A DNA stretch of 64,000 nucleotides from Camelus ferus (lineage: Eukaryota), in contig NC_045697.1 in assembly GCF_009834535.1 (NCBI RefSeq), positions 85,128,001 to 85,192,000 on the forward strand, written 5' to 3'. Positions 1-12,936 of this stretch are shown one piece after another. Under the pieces are notes generated by a model, which was given only the letters and a program-made list of their open reading frames with translations, ran no database searches and had not been told where the DNA came from. The translations under genes and the position numbers were made by a program. Each line of letters opens with the position of its first letter. Position 1 is the first letter of the stretch.

Positions 1-594
1 TTACCAGCCTAATGGAGATCCCTGAAGATAGGCTGGGAAGTGAAGTTTTCACTAAAGGACACTTGCTACTCAAGTACAAGGTGAATAAACAGAATATCCG
101 GTACAGCTGGAAGGGAGGCTGCTTCTGATTAGAGAGGAGGACTGCACGGCCGCTCTAAGCTCCAGTGGCAGAAGTCACTCTACATCAATTTCTGTGTCTA
201 CTCTTGACTTTTAGCCTTGTTGACGATTCAACCACTTACCCCTCTGTTTCCTGAGTGCTGGATGTGCTTAGTGACAGCTGTTGGGTCAAAAGCACCTAAC
301 ACATGTGGACACATACACCTTGGCCTGTCTGGGAGAATTCATGTTCTTCACTTACGGCTTTTAGACAGGGAGCAAGGGTCAAGACTGCTGAGGACTGATT
401 TCCTTGCTCATCCTCATGGTGGGATGTATATAACCTGGATCTTATTAAGATATGGGAGTTTTTAAAGGGGCTTTTTATTTATGTGGTTTCATAGTTAGCC
501 GGCTACTGCCTGTTATGGACAATAGTAAATGTCACTTAATTAGAAACACCATGAACTAAGAATGCTGGATATAAGCATGCTAGTTAAAAAGCAG

Positions 595-725
595 GCCATG
601 GATAAGCATCATCTGGGAACTCACTAAAAATGCAGAATTTCAGCCCCAACCCAGAAAAACTCAATTGGAACCTGCATTTTCCCCCCAAGATCTCCAGGTC
701 ACAGGTAGGCACGTTAAAATATAAG
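595..725. mobile_element. hAT-Charlie MITE (MER5A-like) fragment
   Basis: gcatcatctgggaactcactaaaaatgcagaatttcagccccaacccaga...ctgcatttt...aagatctccaggt resembles the MER5A core. Confidence 0.65.
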
Positions 726-1762
726 AAGTACTACCCTGATTGTGTGATATCTTCACATGGGCATTCCACATTACACAGAGAATCCTAAAAAATAAGCTGT
801 GTACAGTACAAGGGTGAAATGAAATATGTGCCGTGATGTCGGAGTGGATATCACTCTCACAATGAGACTGGAGGAACTTACCAGGGGTCAGTTCTGGGGA
901 ACAGAAGGCTGTGAAGGAACAACCACAACACAGCTGTACATCTCTCATAGAGAAATGAGTCCAGCTCTTCAGCTTAGCTCTGGTCCTCATTAGCAGTTGA
1001 TAATAAGTTCACAGATGAGGCCCCCTTGTAATGACCAGTGGGTGAAGAGAGTGATATTTTGACAGTGTTTGGGAAACTTTACCACGTAAGGCCAGGTGAT
1101 CGAAGGATAATGCCGGTGTCTGAAGACCCCCATTAGCTCACTCTGTCTGCAGGTCACCGGTCCATCCCTTCAGGCAGCAAATTCACTCAAACCTTTAAAT
1201 GAAGTCATGGAAACTCTGATAGATTTTTCTAACCACTCTGCCATTTCCTTCTGCAGCAACATGACTGTAAAGACTGGTGAGTCATACGCTGACCCAAAGC
1301 GAACAAATGGAGGTTGTGTGTGAGTGTGTGGGGGTCTGGATAGAGGGCCAGACAGCAGAGACCCCAGTCCTAGGCCAGCAGGTTTCTACCTTCAGCCAGC
1401 TCAAGTCTTACCTACGGAAAGCATGTGAATAATTAGGTAGTTAGGCTCACCTCTGTGGTCTCTGAAAACAGTAAGAGTACAGTGCTAACCTCCACTGTAG
1501 AAAAGGTTACATAACCTTTGGTATTTAGAAATAACTTAAAACCAGACAGCAAAAAATGACATAACATGCTTCCTTCCATCCCTAATCATGGCTTTAATAC
1601 TGTGGGGAAAAAAGTGCTCTGCATTCTCTATTTTCTGTACCAGAAGCACTAGAGTTCTGGGTTGATGCCTAGCCCAAATTAGATACTGGGTTTGTAAATT
1701 AAAATAGATGGAGTCATGGAAGGATCAATTGTTAATTCATTTTTTAAAAGATACTATAGAGT

Positions 1763-2126
1763 TGGTAGGGGCTGAGTGTTTGTGTTCTCCCAAAATTCAT
1801 ATGCTGCAGCCTTAACCCTGTGTGGTAGTATTTGGAGGTGGGGTCATTGGGGGGTAATCAGATTTATACGAGGTCGTGAGGGTGGGGACCCCCTGATGGC
1901 GTCAGTGTCTTTATAAGAAGAAGCAGAGACCAGGGCTCTCACTCTCTCCACCATGTGAGGACACAGCATAAAGGTGGCTATTTGCGAGAGGGTTCTCACC
2001 AGGACCTACCATGCAGACACCCTGACCTCAGACTTCCAGCATCCAGTACTGTGAGAAATAGATGTTTGTTTTTCAATCCACCCAGTCCATGGTATTTCAT
2101 TATGGCAGCCCAAGCTGACTAAAACA
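1763..2126 (+). mobile_element. MaLR solo LTR (MLT1A-like)
   Basis: Typical ends (cccaaaattcatatg at the start; gacttccagcatccagtactgtgagaaata and gcagcccaagctgactaaaaca at the end). 5-bp TSD agagt/atagt. Confidence 0.85.
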
Positions 2127-2739
2127 ATAGTGTAAGTTAAAAAATATGTGCATTGGTGTGTACGTAATTAATCTGTTATTTATTTGCTAATTAAAGACAT
2201 TGTCTTAATTGGACAGCCAGCTTACTATTATTAGGTAGCGACTTCAGCATATTATTTCTTGAAAATACACTTTCCTTTCATTCTCTAACAAGAAGCATTA
2301 TATTTAGCCAAGAGAAAGACTATATCCAAAACATCCAGACATTTTCCACTATTTGCCACTAGTGTTGGTGATCTCCTGGTACCTGCATTTCTGGCAATGA
2401 GGACATCGGTTGGTGTTTCTTTTGTGAAGATTCTAAAGCCCCTGTCCCCTCTCTTTTCATCACTGATAAGAGTGAATTTGTTTAAAATTTGTTTGAAATA
2501 CTGAAAAAGTATAATATGTTATTGTGGCTTAGGGAGTGATGACAAAGTAAAATATTTATATATTTATAAAATGTTATGACAATACTTGATTTCTTTGCTG
2601 ACTAATACTATATTTTTTTACTGATTTTCTGACTTGAATTTTCTATATTACTCTTGTACCTACACCCAGTGTGGATTTTAAATACACAAAGGCATGGCGA
2701 ACAGCATTACCCAATACAAATGAGATTTGATTATCCTGA

Positions 2740-2758
2740 TTAACACTAGGGGGCACAT
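2740..2758 (+). promoter_or_regulatory. Candidate CTCF site
   Basis: aCACTAGGGGGCAC differs at one position from the CCASYAGRKGGCRS core. Motif evidence only. Confidence 0.4.
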
Positions 2759-3689
2759 AATCTTGCATACATCTAGAATGATTATATCACAAGAATAATA
2801 ATGACAGCCTTAGCATACACTTTACAAGTGCATCTAGGTGCGCTGTATGATGTAATCCCAACACCATTTGTGTCAGTGTGTATTTGTGTTATTGCCGTGG
2901 TGTTTTTCCTAAGTCTGGGAGAAGCTAATCTCTGCTACAAATGCTCTTATCTATTATATAATATTTTTGATATATTAATGCTATTGATATCAATAACGTT
3001 AATATATGCTACCAAGAAAGTGATTTCGTGACACTATTTGGAGATTTTTTAGAAGTGGCCTGAGCAATCCAAAAGAAGAAACCATCAAGAATAGACCATT
3101 AGGTTTTTTGTTTCCCCTCCCCAAGTTCAAAAGGAAACCTGGTAATGTATCTTTTCAAACTAATATTAAGGGAAACAAGTTTTAGAGCATGCGTTTCTAA
3201 AGAGGAGGGGAAAATGTAACATTGACACTGCTCTACCTCTAACCTTTCTTAATTTTTAAAAATTTCAACAGTGATGTGAACAAGTAGTGCAACTTCTATT
3301 TGAGATAAATGTGACTCTAGTCTGTGTGAAACATAACAGAGAAAGGGAAACAAATAAGTTCTATGTTCCTATGGTGTTCAGACTGACGCCATAAATCTAG
3401 ATGACATAATTGGTCTTGCATACTAATAGAGACCACAAAGTATTTACTGCAAAGTCATTATGTACACTTACAATTTTTACAATATTCGATATTTAATGCT
3501 GTATACTTTGAATATTATAACATTCAACGGCAAAATAAATGAGTATTTTATTTATACAGATATCCAGCAACATCTTATTTTATTTCCCTATTGTTTTTAA
3601 TTATTCTCTTACGTGGGTTGGGAAAGAGTTGATTGGGAAAAAATGCTTTGGTTTAATTTCCTGAGCTTGTTTTCCATATAGTAGTAACC

Positions 3690-4085
3690 AGTGTATTGTG
3701 AAAAAAATAAAATAAAAAGCAAACACAAGCAAAACCCCTCCAAATTTAGTAGCTCATGGATTCTTTGGGGCAGCAATTTAGACGAACACATTGAGGCTGG
3801 CTTGTCTCTGCATCATGATATCTGGGGCTCAGCTGGGAAGATGTAAAGGTTGGGTGTGAATTGATGGCTAGATTCATGTGGAAGTGTCTTCACTCCCATG
3901 TCATGTGGTTAATGCTGACTGTCAACTGGGGCTCCAGTTGGACTGTGAGTCGAACATCCACACACGACCTCTCCATGTGGACTGATTTGGGTTTTGTCAC
4001 AGTATGGCAGGAGAGAGAGTCCAAAGAGAACCAGGTAGCAGCTGTGTCATCTTTTACGAACTGGCCTTAAAAGTCGTGTATCATT
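3690..4085 (-). mobile_element. Old MaLR LTR (MLT1 family)
   Basis: ggggctcagctgggaag...ttcactcccatgtc...gctgactgtcaactggg...acctctccatgtgg are MLT1 antisense hallmarks. Confidence 0.7.
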
Positions 4086-4354
4086 CAAAGCACTTCACTT
4101 GTGTTAACTCATTTCATCCTAAGAACACACAGTGGCAGTGAGATGTTGCCCGGGAATGCAGCCATCTGAAAGTTTACCTGGGCAGAACACCCTAGATGGC
4201 GTCCTCACCTAGCTGGCAGTGAGTACCAGTAGTCGGCCTTGAGCTTTGCTAGGCTGAGGTCTGGAGAACCCAGCAGTGACTTTTCAAGCTTTATGGTCTT
4301 ACCTCTTATATGAAAGTGTCAAGAAGACCCTGTGGGATCTTCATTCCTTTTTAC

Positions 4355-4795
4355 AGCTGAATAATGACCCCAGAGGATGTTCACATCCTAATCCCTGTAA
4401 GTTGTGAATACATTACCTTATTGTGGAAAAAGGAAATTTGCAAATGTGATTAGTTAAGAATTTTGTTATAAGGAGATTACCCTGGATTATGGATGGGTGC
4501 TAAATGTAATCACAAAGGTTTTTACAAGGGAGGCAAGGGATCAAAGGTGGATAAAGAGGATGAGATGATGGAGGTTAGAGTGATGTGCTTTGAACATGGG
4601 AAAAGAGACCATGAGCCAAGGAATATGGATGACTCTAGAAGCTAGAAAAGGTGAGGAAACAGATTCTCCCCTAGAAATTACAGAGAATGCTGACCTCAGC
4701 CCAATGAAATTAGTTTTGGATATCTGACCTCCTGTGTTGTCTTAAGCCTCCAAGTTTACAGTGATTTGTCCCAGCAGTAATAGAAAATGAACACA
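4355..4795 (+). mobile_element. MLT1D-like LTR nested in an older antisense MLT1 (about 4140-4955)
   Basis: gaataatgaccccagaggatgttcacatcctaatccctg...gagccaaggaat...ctagaagctagaaaagg...cagattctcccctaga...gcagtaatagaaaatgaacaca. MLT1-like sequence resumes on both sides. Confidence 0.8.
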
Positions 4796-6379
4796 TCAAT
4801 ATAACTTCCAAAGTCACACAGTGTCATTTTTGCTGGATTCTATTGGTTCTGAATGAATCAGAAGCTTCAGATTCAAGGGAAACAAACACAGACCCCACCT
4901 AGAAATGGAAGTAATGCCTTAGAATTTGCAGCTATGTTTTACACTGGAATAATTACAAATAATAATAACATTGACCATGAATGACATAGACTGTAGACTA
5001 TCAATCCAATTATCATCATACCAGTAACAATTAGAAATATTAATAACATCATGAATAGCATGGACCTTAGTCCAGCAACTGATTATTCTTGAATTTAGTC
5101 TGAACATCATTTTTCTCACAGCACCTATACTTTCTGGATTAGTGGTTTTCAACTGTTTTGGAAAGAGAACACCTGTAAGTCTGGATAACCTTTATAGAAA
5201 ATAAAAGAGCAAGTTCCTTAACTTTCTCTAAAGCTCAGTTTTCTCAATTGTAAAATATGTATAATAATTAGTAACTCAGAGTTTTGTTGTGCAAAATGAA
5301 GACAACATTCCTAGGAGAGCCTTTGTACATACAGTGATCAGATTAAAATTTCCAGAGTAGAAATTGGGGCCACCAGTGATGCATGGAAAGGAAAGATGAT
5401 GTCTTCCTCTCACCTGGGGCAAACATGGCTGGGGGTTGTCATGAAATTTGTACTGATAACAGGGAGGAGTGTAGTCAGTCAGTCGAAGGAGTCAAGGTCT
5501 GAGGTTCCCATTCATTTTGCAGTCTGGTAGCCTCTAGGACACTGCTCCTCCCATCTGCATGAGGCAGCATAGAAGTAAGCCCAGATGAAACTCTCTAGCC
5601 CCTGGGTCCTTTCGTCACCTTAGCTGTGTCCTCTCAGTTTCTAGATCCATCTGGGTGGCTTTTCATCCATTTATTGTTAATACCCAGTGTTCCTTCTGGA
5701 TCACATAGTATCATCTCCACTTCGTTCATCTTTTTTGCGTTTACCAGTCAGTTTTTGTCATTGTTGCTGTGGTTTTACTTCTAAAACTATGTGAGATACC
5801 TAAACATGGCCATTTAAGTTTCATCCTGATTTTTGCTCTTGTAGTTTCAGCCGATTCAACTGAACTAAACTTCTCTCACAGAAAACCAAGCTATCATTTT
5901 CTGAAAACCATTCAATGTGCCTGGAATTTAATTTAAGAAGAGAAATAATGCTCTGTAACCTTCAACAGTAGAACAGAAGAGTGTATCTGTTTCTCATCTA
6001 TTGATTGTCTTCAGTTAAACATATTAACATGTTATTCTTGGTGCTCGAGATTGCTGTAACAGCAAGATGTTACTCATTTTCTCACATAACTTGTTAGACC
6101 ATTTAGGCATCCTTAATCGCACTACTCCGTCAACTTAAATCACATCAAGGAGTTGTCAGTTGAAACTTTAGGCTCAAGAGTTTACATCGGTTTCTAAACT
6201 AGCCCCAGGATCAGTGTTAGAAAATGAACTACAATTGAGAAGAAAGAGAACAGAAAATAAGTTGCTCTCAATTTTAAAACACTTAATTAAAAAATACCTA
6301 ACTTGTTAAATTAAAATATTTTCTTTTGCAGGACTTCTACGTGTTAACCATTTTTGTTCGTACTTGCACTGATAACTGA

Positions 6380-6572
6380 AGTCACTAACACATAGTAAGT
6401 GCTTACTCTATGCCACTCATTAGCACTTTACATATAATATTGTTTATTCCTCAAAGAAATTCGTTATAAGTGACCTTCCTCAAGTCACATAGCTGAGTGG
6501 CAAAGCCTGGGTTACACCCTGGATGACCATAGTCTGAGCTATAAAGCACTAGACTGTGAAGCCCATTGCCTC
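6380..6572 (-). mobile_element. MIR SINE
   Basis: gtgcttactctatgcca...agcactttacatat...aagtgaccttcctcaagtcacatagctg MIR core. Confidence 0.65.
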
Positions 6573-9500
6573 TGGATATAATTTCAAAAACATTTAAAAT
6601 AGACTCTTACTAGTAAATAAGAACTTACTTGAGCAGAAGAGTGTTTATGTCTTAGCTATTCATTTTGAATTGAGGTCCTTAAGAAAATAGGTATAAACTT
6701 GCAGGTCACAGGCTGTGTCCAACCTGTGGATGTATTTTGTTTGGCCCAAGAAGCGCTGTAAAATCTTTAAATTGGTAGATAGTGTTTGAAAATAAGAAGA
6801 ATATATATAAAATCTGGATTTCTATCTTCCTTTGAAAAATCAGAAGGTTTATCCTTAAATCTGGGAAATTATCTTTTAGAAGAATATATTGGTGTTTTAT
6901 AACTACATCCAGGGAAGAGAAGGGAAAAAATGTAGAATATTTAATAATATGTTTACTCTTTTGAGATTGAAGGATGCTTATGATTGTGCCACTCTGAATT
7001 CTCCACCCCCCCAACACCCATTGATCAGAAGGCTTGATATAAATTTTTGAAGTGACCCTGTGAACTGGGATACCTAGATTCCAAATGATTAGTAACATTT
7101 GCTTTGAATCTTTTAAAAACTTTATTCATCTAATAGTTGGGCTTTTGAAAAGTACCTCTGAAAAATTAAGTACTTTTGCTTCACTTTCTGTAAATAAAAA
7201 CAGTTCCATCAGGTAGCCATCTGCTACATCAGAAATCAATACATTCTGTCTAATTTGTCTTTGTTATTTCCAGGGTCAGCTTCCTTCACCTTCAATTATT
7301 GAGTCTTAGTGTGATAGACAACAGAGTCAAGTGTTACAGCCATTACCCAGAAAGTCTGTTTCTTAAGGAGGAATACAGGGCACATAATATCCTTAAATAT
7401 GCCCAGCCTTCTCTAACTAAGCTAAATAGTTTAAAGTTTCTATAACATTTGAGGTTCAGGATAGCAGATTTCAACCTTTTCAAAATACAGTGTATTAAAT
7501 CTTAGAGCACATGTGCCATAACATCACTTTTATGACACAAAGTAAAATACTTCATATGCTTGGCAGAAGAACTGGGAATAAAATGGTACATTGAAATATT
7601 TTAATGGATTAAAAACTACCTATCTCAGCAACTCACCATACACACAGGTACATAAACAGGTACAAAAGCTCACTGTATTTTACACACACATACATGCACA
7701 ACCTGGTTGTCTAAAAGATTTGCAAAGTTCAGAAGAGTACCAAGATATAAAAGGGATGGCAGGACAGGGGACATTCTGAGTCAACAGGGCATATAAGAAA
7801 TCACAGAAAACTGTGTGCTTAATGATTACAGCCCAAATGGTAAATACTTTAATATATTCAGTATTATCATAACATAATTCTGCTTACATCCCAGCCCCAC
7901 TGTATGAGCCTTCAGGCTATCATTCAGAACATATTGATTTCTAGTTTATACTTAATTCACACAATATTGGAAACTTGATTCCTCAAATCATAGCAAATTA
8001 GAAGCAGTGGATCACAAGTCCCTGGCTACCTTAAGAGTCAAACTGTTAGCAGAAGATTGACCCTGGGAATAAACAGAATTATTTTACATTTGAATTTAGA
8101 ATAATTCTGACTGATTTTAGTATGTAATACTTAAGAATCAAAGAAAAAAATCAAAAGTTACAATTTTCAACTGATTACTTCAAAAATATACATACTAATC
8201 CTAGAAAATTCACTAATATAATTTTTCCCAAAATGCTGAACATGTGAGACATTGGTGCATTTGATTTCATTTGTTTCTCTATGTAGTGTATTTTAGTATT
8301 CATTTATGTGGTCCAAATTGTAAAGAGCTATTTGCAACCCACATTCCAAAATATTCTGTTAAAGACAAGACATCCACTACTAGACTTTTAGAAAACAGTG
8401 ATTCAGTTAGCAGTCGTCGTTTTAACATTCACACTGCTCTGTGGTGAATACTGTGAGATATGTTTCTGAGATATCTTGTTGTTATTATACAGAAATGATT
8501 ACAGTTTTTAGTTGAATTGCTCTACCTCACCAAGAAGTAAAAGATAAATTAAGGACATTATTTCATTTTAAGACATGTACTGTTAATATTAACAATATTA
8601 ATATTTCAAGAAAGTACTTGATAGTTAAAATGGATACTTGTACTTTTAGTAGCTAAAATTATTTGTGTTTTTTTTTTTTTGCAAGTTCTTGATTGTAGAA
8701 AATTAATAATATTTGTTAGGGAGGATGAGAGTAACAACAGCGCGTATGATGTGTTATTAGTGGTGATCAGCAGCAAATCAAAGCTAGAAGAACCTTATAA
8801 ACAAGAAACAAAAAGGAGGGGGGCTCTATTCCTTAAGCTGAAAGTAGGAGCCTCTTTGCTGAATGCTTATCTTAGACCTATCATCCTCAGGCTTTTGTTT
8901 TTATAAATGTAATTATAATAAATTGGTTCTGAATATACTTATTTGACCATGATTACATTAAATGATTAATATTATTTTAAGAAAAATTGGTGACAATTAG
9001 TGAAAGTTAATATGAGGAGGAAATTTAAACAGAATACAACAGTTTTATATGCCATATATTTATTTTATAAAATATTATAAAATATGAACTTTAGCTTATA
9101 TTGTTTTACTTCCATGCCTCTTTGATTTTGACATATTTTGTTAAATCAGTGTGTGAATCACAAAATACATCAACTCTCATTTCTCTTTATGTTTTTAAGT
9201 TGACATAATGTATGCTGATTATATGGAAAATAACTAGTAATAAAGTCTGAGATTTTTTCAATGCTATTGATTGCTGAGATTAATCCTGAACATGATCTGA
9301 AGCAGTAATTTTCACTTCCTTATCAGCAATCCTGTAAGATTCTTGGGAAGACTCTTAAATCTGCTGCCATAGTCCTAACATGAAATTAAGATACAAATAG
9401 TTATCAGTCACCATGAGGTTAATGATCACCGTGAGGATATATTGAGTAGAGATGGAATGGAGCATGATCCCACTGATGGTAACAGACTCTGTCCTCATAC

Positions 9501-10499
9501 TTCACAGGATGTCCTCTGTCAAGGTCTTACCAGACCCTATTTTCTTAATACATTTCTTTTATTGGGAGGAGTGCCTTTCACCACCCGCCATGGCTACTGT
9601 TTGTTTAATACCCACACCGTGCTTGGTGCTGTAGGTTTCATCTCTCACTTACACCACAGTTCTGCCAGGTAAGTGTTATTATCTCCATTTTACAGATGAA
9701 AGGTTGTTTGCTTAATTAACTGACATCACCTCACAATTCCTAGACCTAGGAAAAAATAATGATTTATTTATTTAATAAGTCGCTGACTCAATGTCATACA
9801 TTTTATAACCCCAAGTCCCTATCCATTCATCAAAACCTATCGCCTCACAAGGTTCTTGGGAGAGAAGTCCTTCCACACGGTCTGCCGGTGATTGCCACGA
9901 ACAGAGGTGTTTCCTAGAACTGAAGCGGCCATGCACTTTGTGTATAGCACTCATATGCCTCTTACATTCTTCTGCCTCATATTTTAACAGTTGGTGGTTT
10001 TCATTTTCTCCTGATCTTAAAGGGCCGTGACAGTGTATGTAATAGTCAGGGGCTGCTCAGGGAAACCGGACCACTCTAGACGGTTCAACAGGAAGTGCTT
10101 AAATAAAAGGAGATAGAGGCTTGTGAGCCCAGAGGTTGAGTGAGTGTCAGAGGGGCCACTTTTACCAAGTTCGAAACTGCTGAGACCACAGGAAAACCAC
10201 CACCAATTGCCAGTAGTATCAAAGCGAACAATTCTCAGGAAGACTCCCGAACTCCAAGCACCCACCCAGGCCGCAGGACGAAGCCCACACCCTGACCGCA
10301 GCAGCCGCTTGCAGGGTCATGCCACGTCCCCTCAGCTGCTCCGCAGGCCCCCGCCAGTGCTGCTCGACGTCAGAGGCCTCCGGAGCCTGCTGGCCAGCGG
10401 GTCTGGGAATGCACTTCCTAGACTTTCACCCTTCAGTGTGAGGAGGGTTTAAAAAGATGAGGATATTAGTACCAAGGCATGATACGTGGCCCAGTGTCA

Positions 10500-10903
10500 C
10501 TTTTTAAAAAAATTGAACAACAGAGATTTATTGCTGCAGTTCTGGAGACTAGAAGTCTGAAATCAAGGTGTTGACTGAGCTGCCTCTTTCTGAGGACTGT
10601 GACAGGGAATCCGCTCCAGGCCTCTCACCCAGCTCCTCATGGCTCGCTGGCAGTCTTTGGTGCTTGTTGGCTCGAAGCAGTACCCTAACCTCTGTCTTCA
10701 TCTTCACATAGCTTTCTCCCTGTGTGCATGTTTGTGTCCAAATTTCCCCTTTTTCTAGGAGGTCAGTTTTATTGGGCTCACCCTAATGACCTCATTTTAA
10801 CTTGACCACCTCTGTAAAGACCTGTCTCCAAATAAAGTCTCATTTTAGAGGGTTAGGACTTCCAAGATATGAATTTTAGGGAGGATACAGGTCAACCCAT
10901 AGC
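10500..10903 (-). mobile_element. MaLR LTR (MLT1B/C-like)
   Basis: aacaacagagatttattg...gttctggagactagaagtctgaaatcaaggtg...accctaatgacctcattttaacttg...ggatacaggtcaacccatagca. Confidence 0.8.
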
Positions 10904-11290
10904 AGTTATCTACTATTCTGTAACAAATTACTCTAAAATTTAGTGTCTTAAATAAATAATGTATTATCTCCCATGGTTTCTGTGAGTCAGGGGTTTGGGA
11001 GCAACGTGGCTAGACAGTTTTGGCTTGAGATCCCTCATGAGTTTGCTGTCAGATATCAGTCAGGGCTGCAGTCATCTTAAGGCTTGGCTGGGGTTGGGGG
11101 ATCCACTTTCAAGGTGACTCACTCACATGGCTACTGGCAGGACGTCTCAGTTCCACTCCACCTAGACCTGTCCACAGGTTTGCTTGAGCATCTGGACAGC
11201 ATGGAGTCTGACTTCCCCCAGAGCTAAGGATCCAAGAGACCAAGATGGAAGTTACAGTGCCACTTCACTGGATGTTATGTTGGCCTGGGT
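10904..11290 (-). mobile_element. Older MaLR LTR (MLT1F/G-like)
   Basis: tgtaacaaattactctaaaatttagtg...gtttctgtgagtcagg...gggctgcagtcatct...tccactttcaaggtgactcactcacatggct. Confidence 0.75.
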
Positions 11291-12081
11291 AGTATGGCTT
11301 CTCAGCTGGTCTCTAGAGTTCTTACAAGCATATTTGGCTCCTTGTATTGATGTGATCTCAGTGTCTTTGTCGGGGAACAAGGGCCTGAAACTTCCTAGTT
11401 TGTCATCTTGTTTCCAGTGTCACTTTTATAACCCAACTACAAAAATATTTTCAGTAAGTACTTACTAAATTGAATTTAATTTCCTTGGCAGTCCTTGCCT
11501 TAAAAACACTTAAAAAGAACTAGGGAAGAAAAATTCAGACTGGAATTAGAATATTGTAGCCAAATGAACTATATAAAATTGAATGTAAAAGAATATGTGT
11601 GGTCTGGTGGTGGTGGTAGGGGGAAACCTACCATTCTTTATATAGATGATTTCAACTTGGTGTTATTACCACTGAACACTTCCTGATGGAGCTCACGGGT
11701 AAGGGTTAAGAAACTAGAGATAATGTATTTTTTACTCAATAAAAAGAAAATTACATCAATATTATCACCTCATTAAGTCTGATTCCATGTTCAAATGTCA
11801 CAGGTAACCAAAGCAAGCTCTCCCCTCGATGGCATAAATGCAGACAGTGTTCAACATTCATCTTAAATAGTAGAACTTAAGCCCAAGGATATTCCTTTAT
11901 GACTTTGGACTTTGGAGAGATTCATATTTCAGCCCAAAGCAGGGCATTATTGATTGATTTACTACTGCAAAGAGATTTCCTTATTTCTCAAATCCACTAA
12001 TAGAATGTTAGAATTAAAAAGCCTAACTTTTCAACTTATTATCATAAATTGTCCTAGGCAAGATTTAAGTCCATAGTCAGG

Positions 12082-12936
12082 TGAGTCAACTTTTTATTCC
12101 TTAGAATAATGGAATTAACAGACATGGATAATGATCATCGCTTGTAATGTCTCTAATTAAAATACAGGCGTGTGGTCTTGGATACTTTTCAGCTGTGATT
12201 CCTTGCCTTGAAAGAATTCATCAAGAAGAGGAGAAGTGAGAGAGAGAAGAAATGAGTGAAGACAGAGAAGGAGGGAGAAAGAGAGTAAAAGAGGGTGTGA
12301 AGCTAGGGAGGGATGGGACAGTAAATGAAAAAGCAAATAAGGGAGTAACGAGGAGGAAAGGAAGACGAGGAGGCAAGATGGTGTAGGACTATCATAAAGA
12401 TTTAGTTACTCCACCAACAAAAACTGCAGGAAGTTCCAGGGAAATGTTCCCTATTATGATGTGTTGTATGTCACGTACGTCAGTAGATAGATAACTAGAT
12501 AGTGGTAGAATATTAACCATTATTCTGGATCTCTCGCTCAGTGAGTCATCATTTGACATAGTGGAAGGCATTGAAACATGTTTGACTATAGGAAAAAAAT
12601 ACATAGAAAAATATTTCCCATTTTGCTTCAGCTGTACCAGTTTTAGGTGAATGTTTCAATAAATTTGACAATAGGTCTTTTAGATACAGCTTCAGAAGTG
12701 ATTATTGAAGACATATCAATATTGTAAAATAGAAGATGTTTATCATTCATGTCTTTAAATATTTTACTTCCTATCTACCTTCATAATTTGTCAGAAATGA
12801 GTCAAATGTCATAACATTCGGAATAAAATGATGGAAGACATTTTCCTACCACATAACACATGTGGGATATTGTACTTACGTTAATCGGATCCATCTTCCA
12901 AATAAGCCAAATAAGTGCATTGACACATTTGACTCA
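12082..12936. promoter_or_regulatory. Candidate AP-1 enhancer (core of a TGASTCA cluster)
   Basis: Four perfect TGA(C/G)TCA sites at 12082, 12542, 12798 and 12930, in sequence with no recognisable transposon. Confidence 0.45.
12225..12375 (+). repeat. Purine-rich (GA) low-complexity tract
   Basis: About 150 nt of predominantly A/G. Confidence 0.7.

Noticed and set aside
8581..9080. AT-rich palindromes (tgttaatattaaca, tattttataaaata)
   Set aside because: Expected by chance in very AT-rich DNA.
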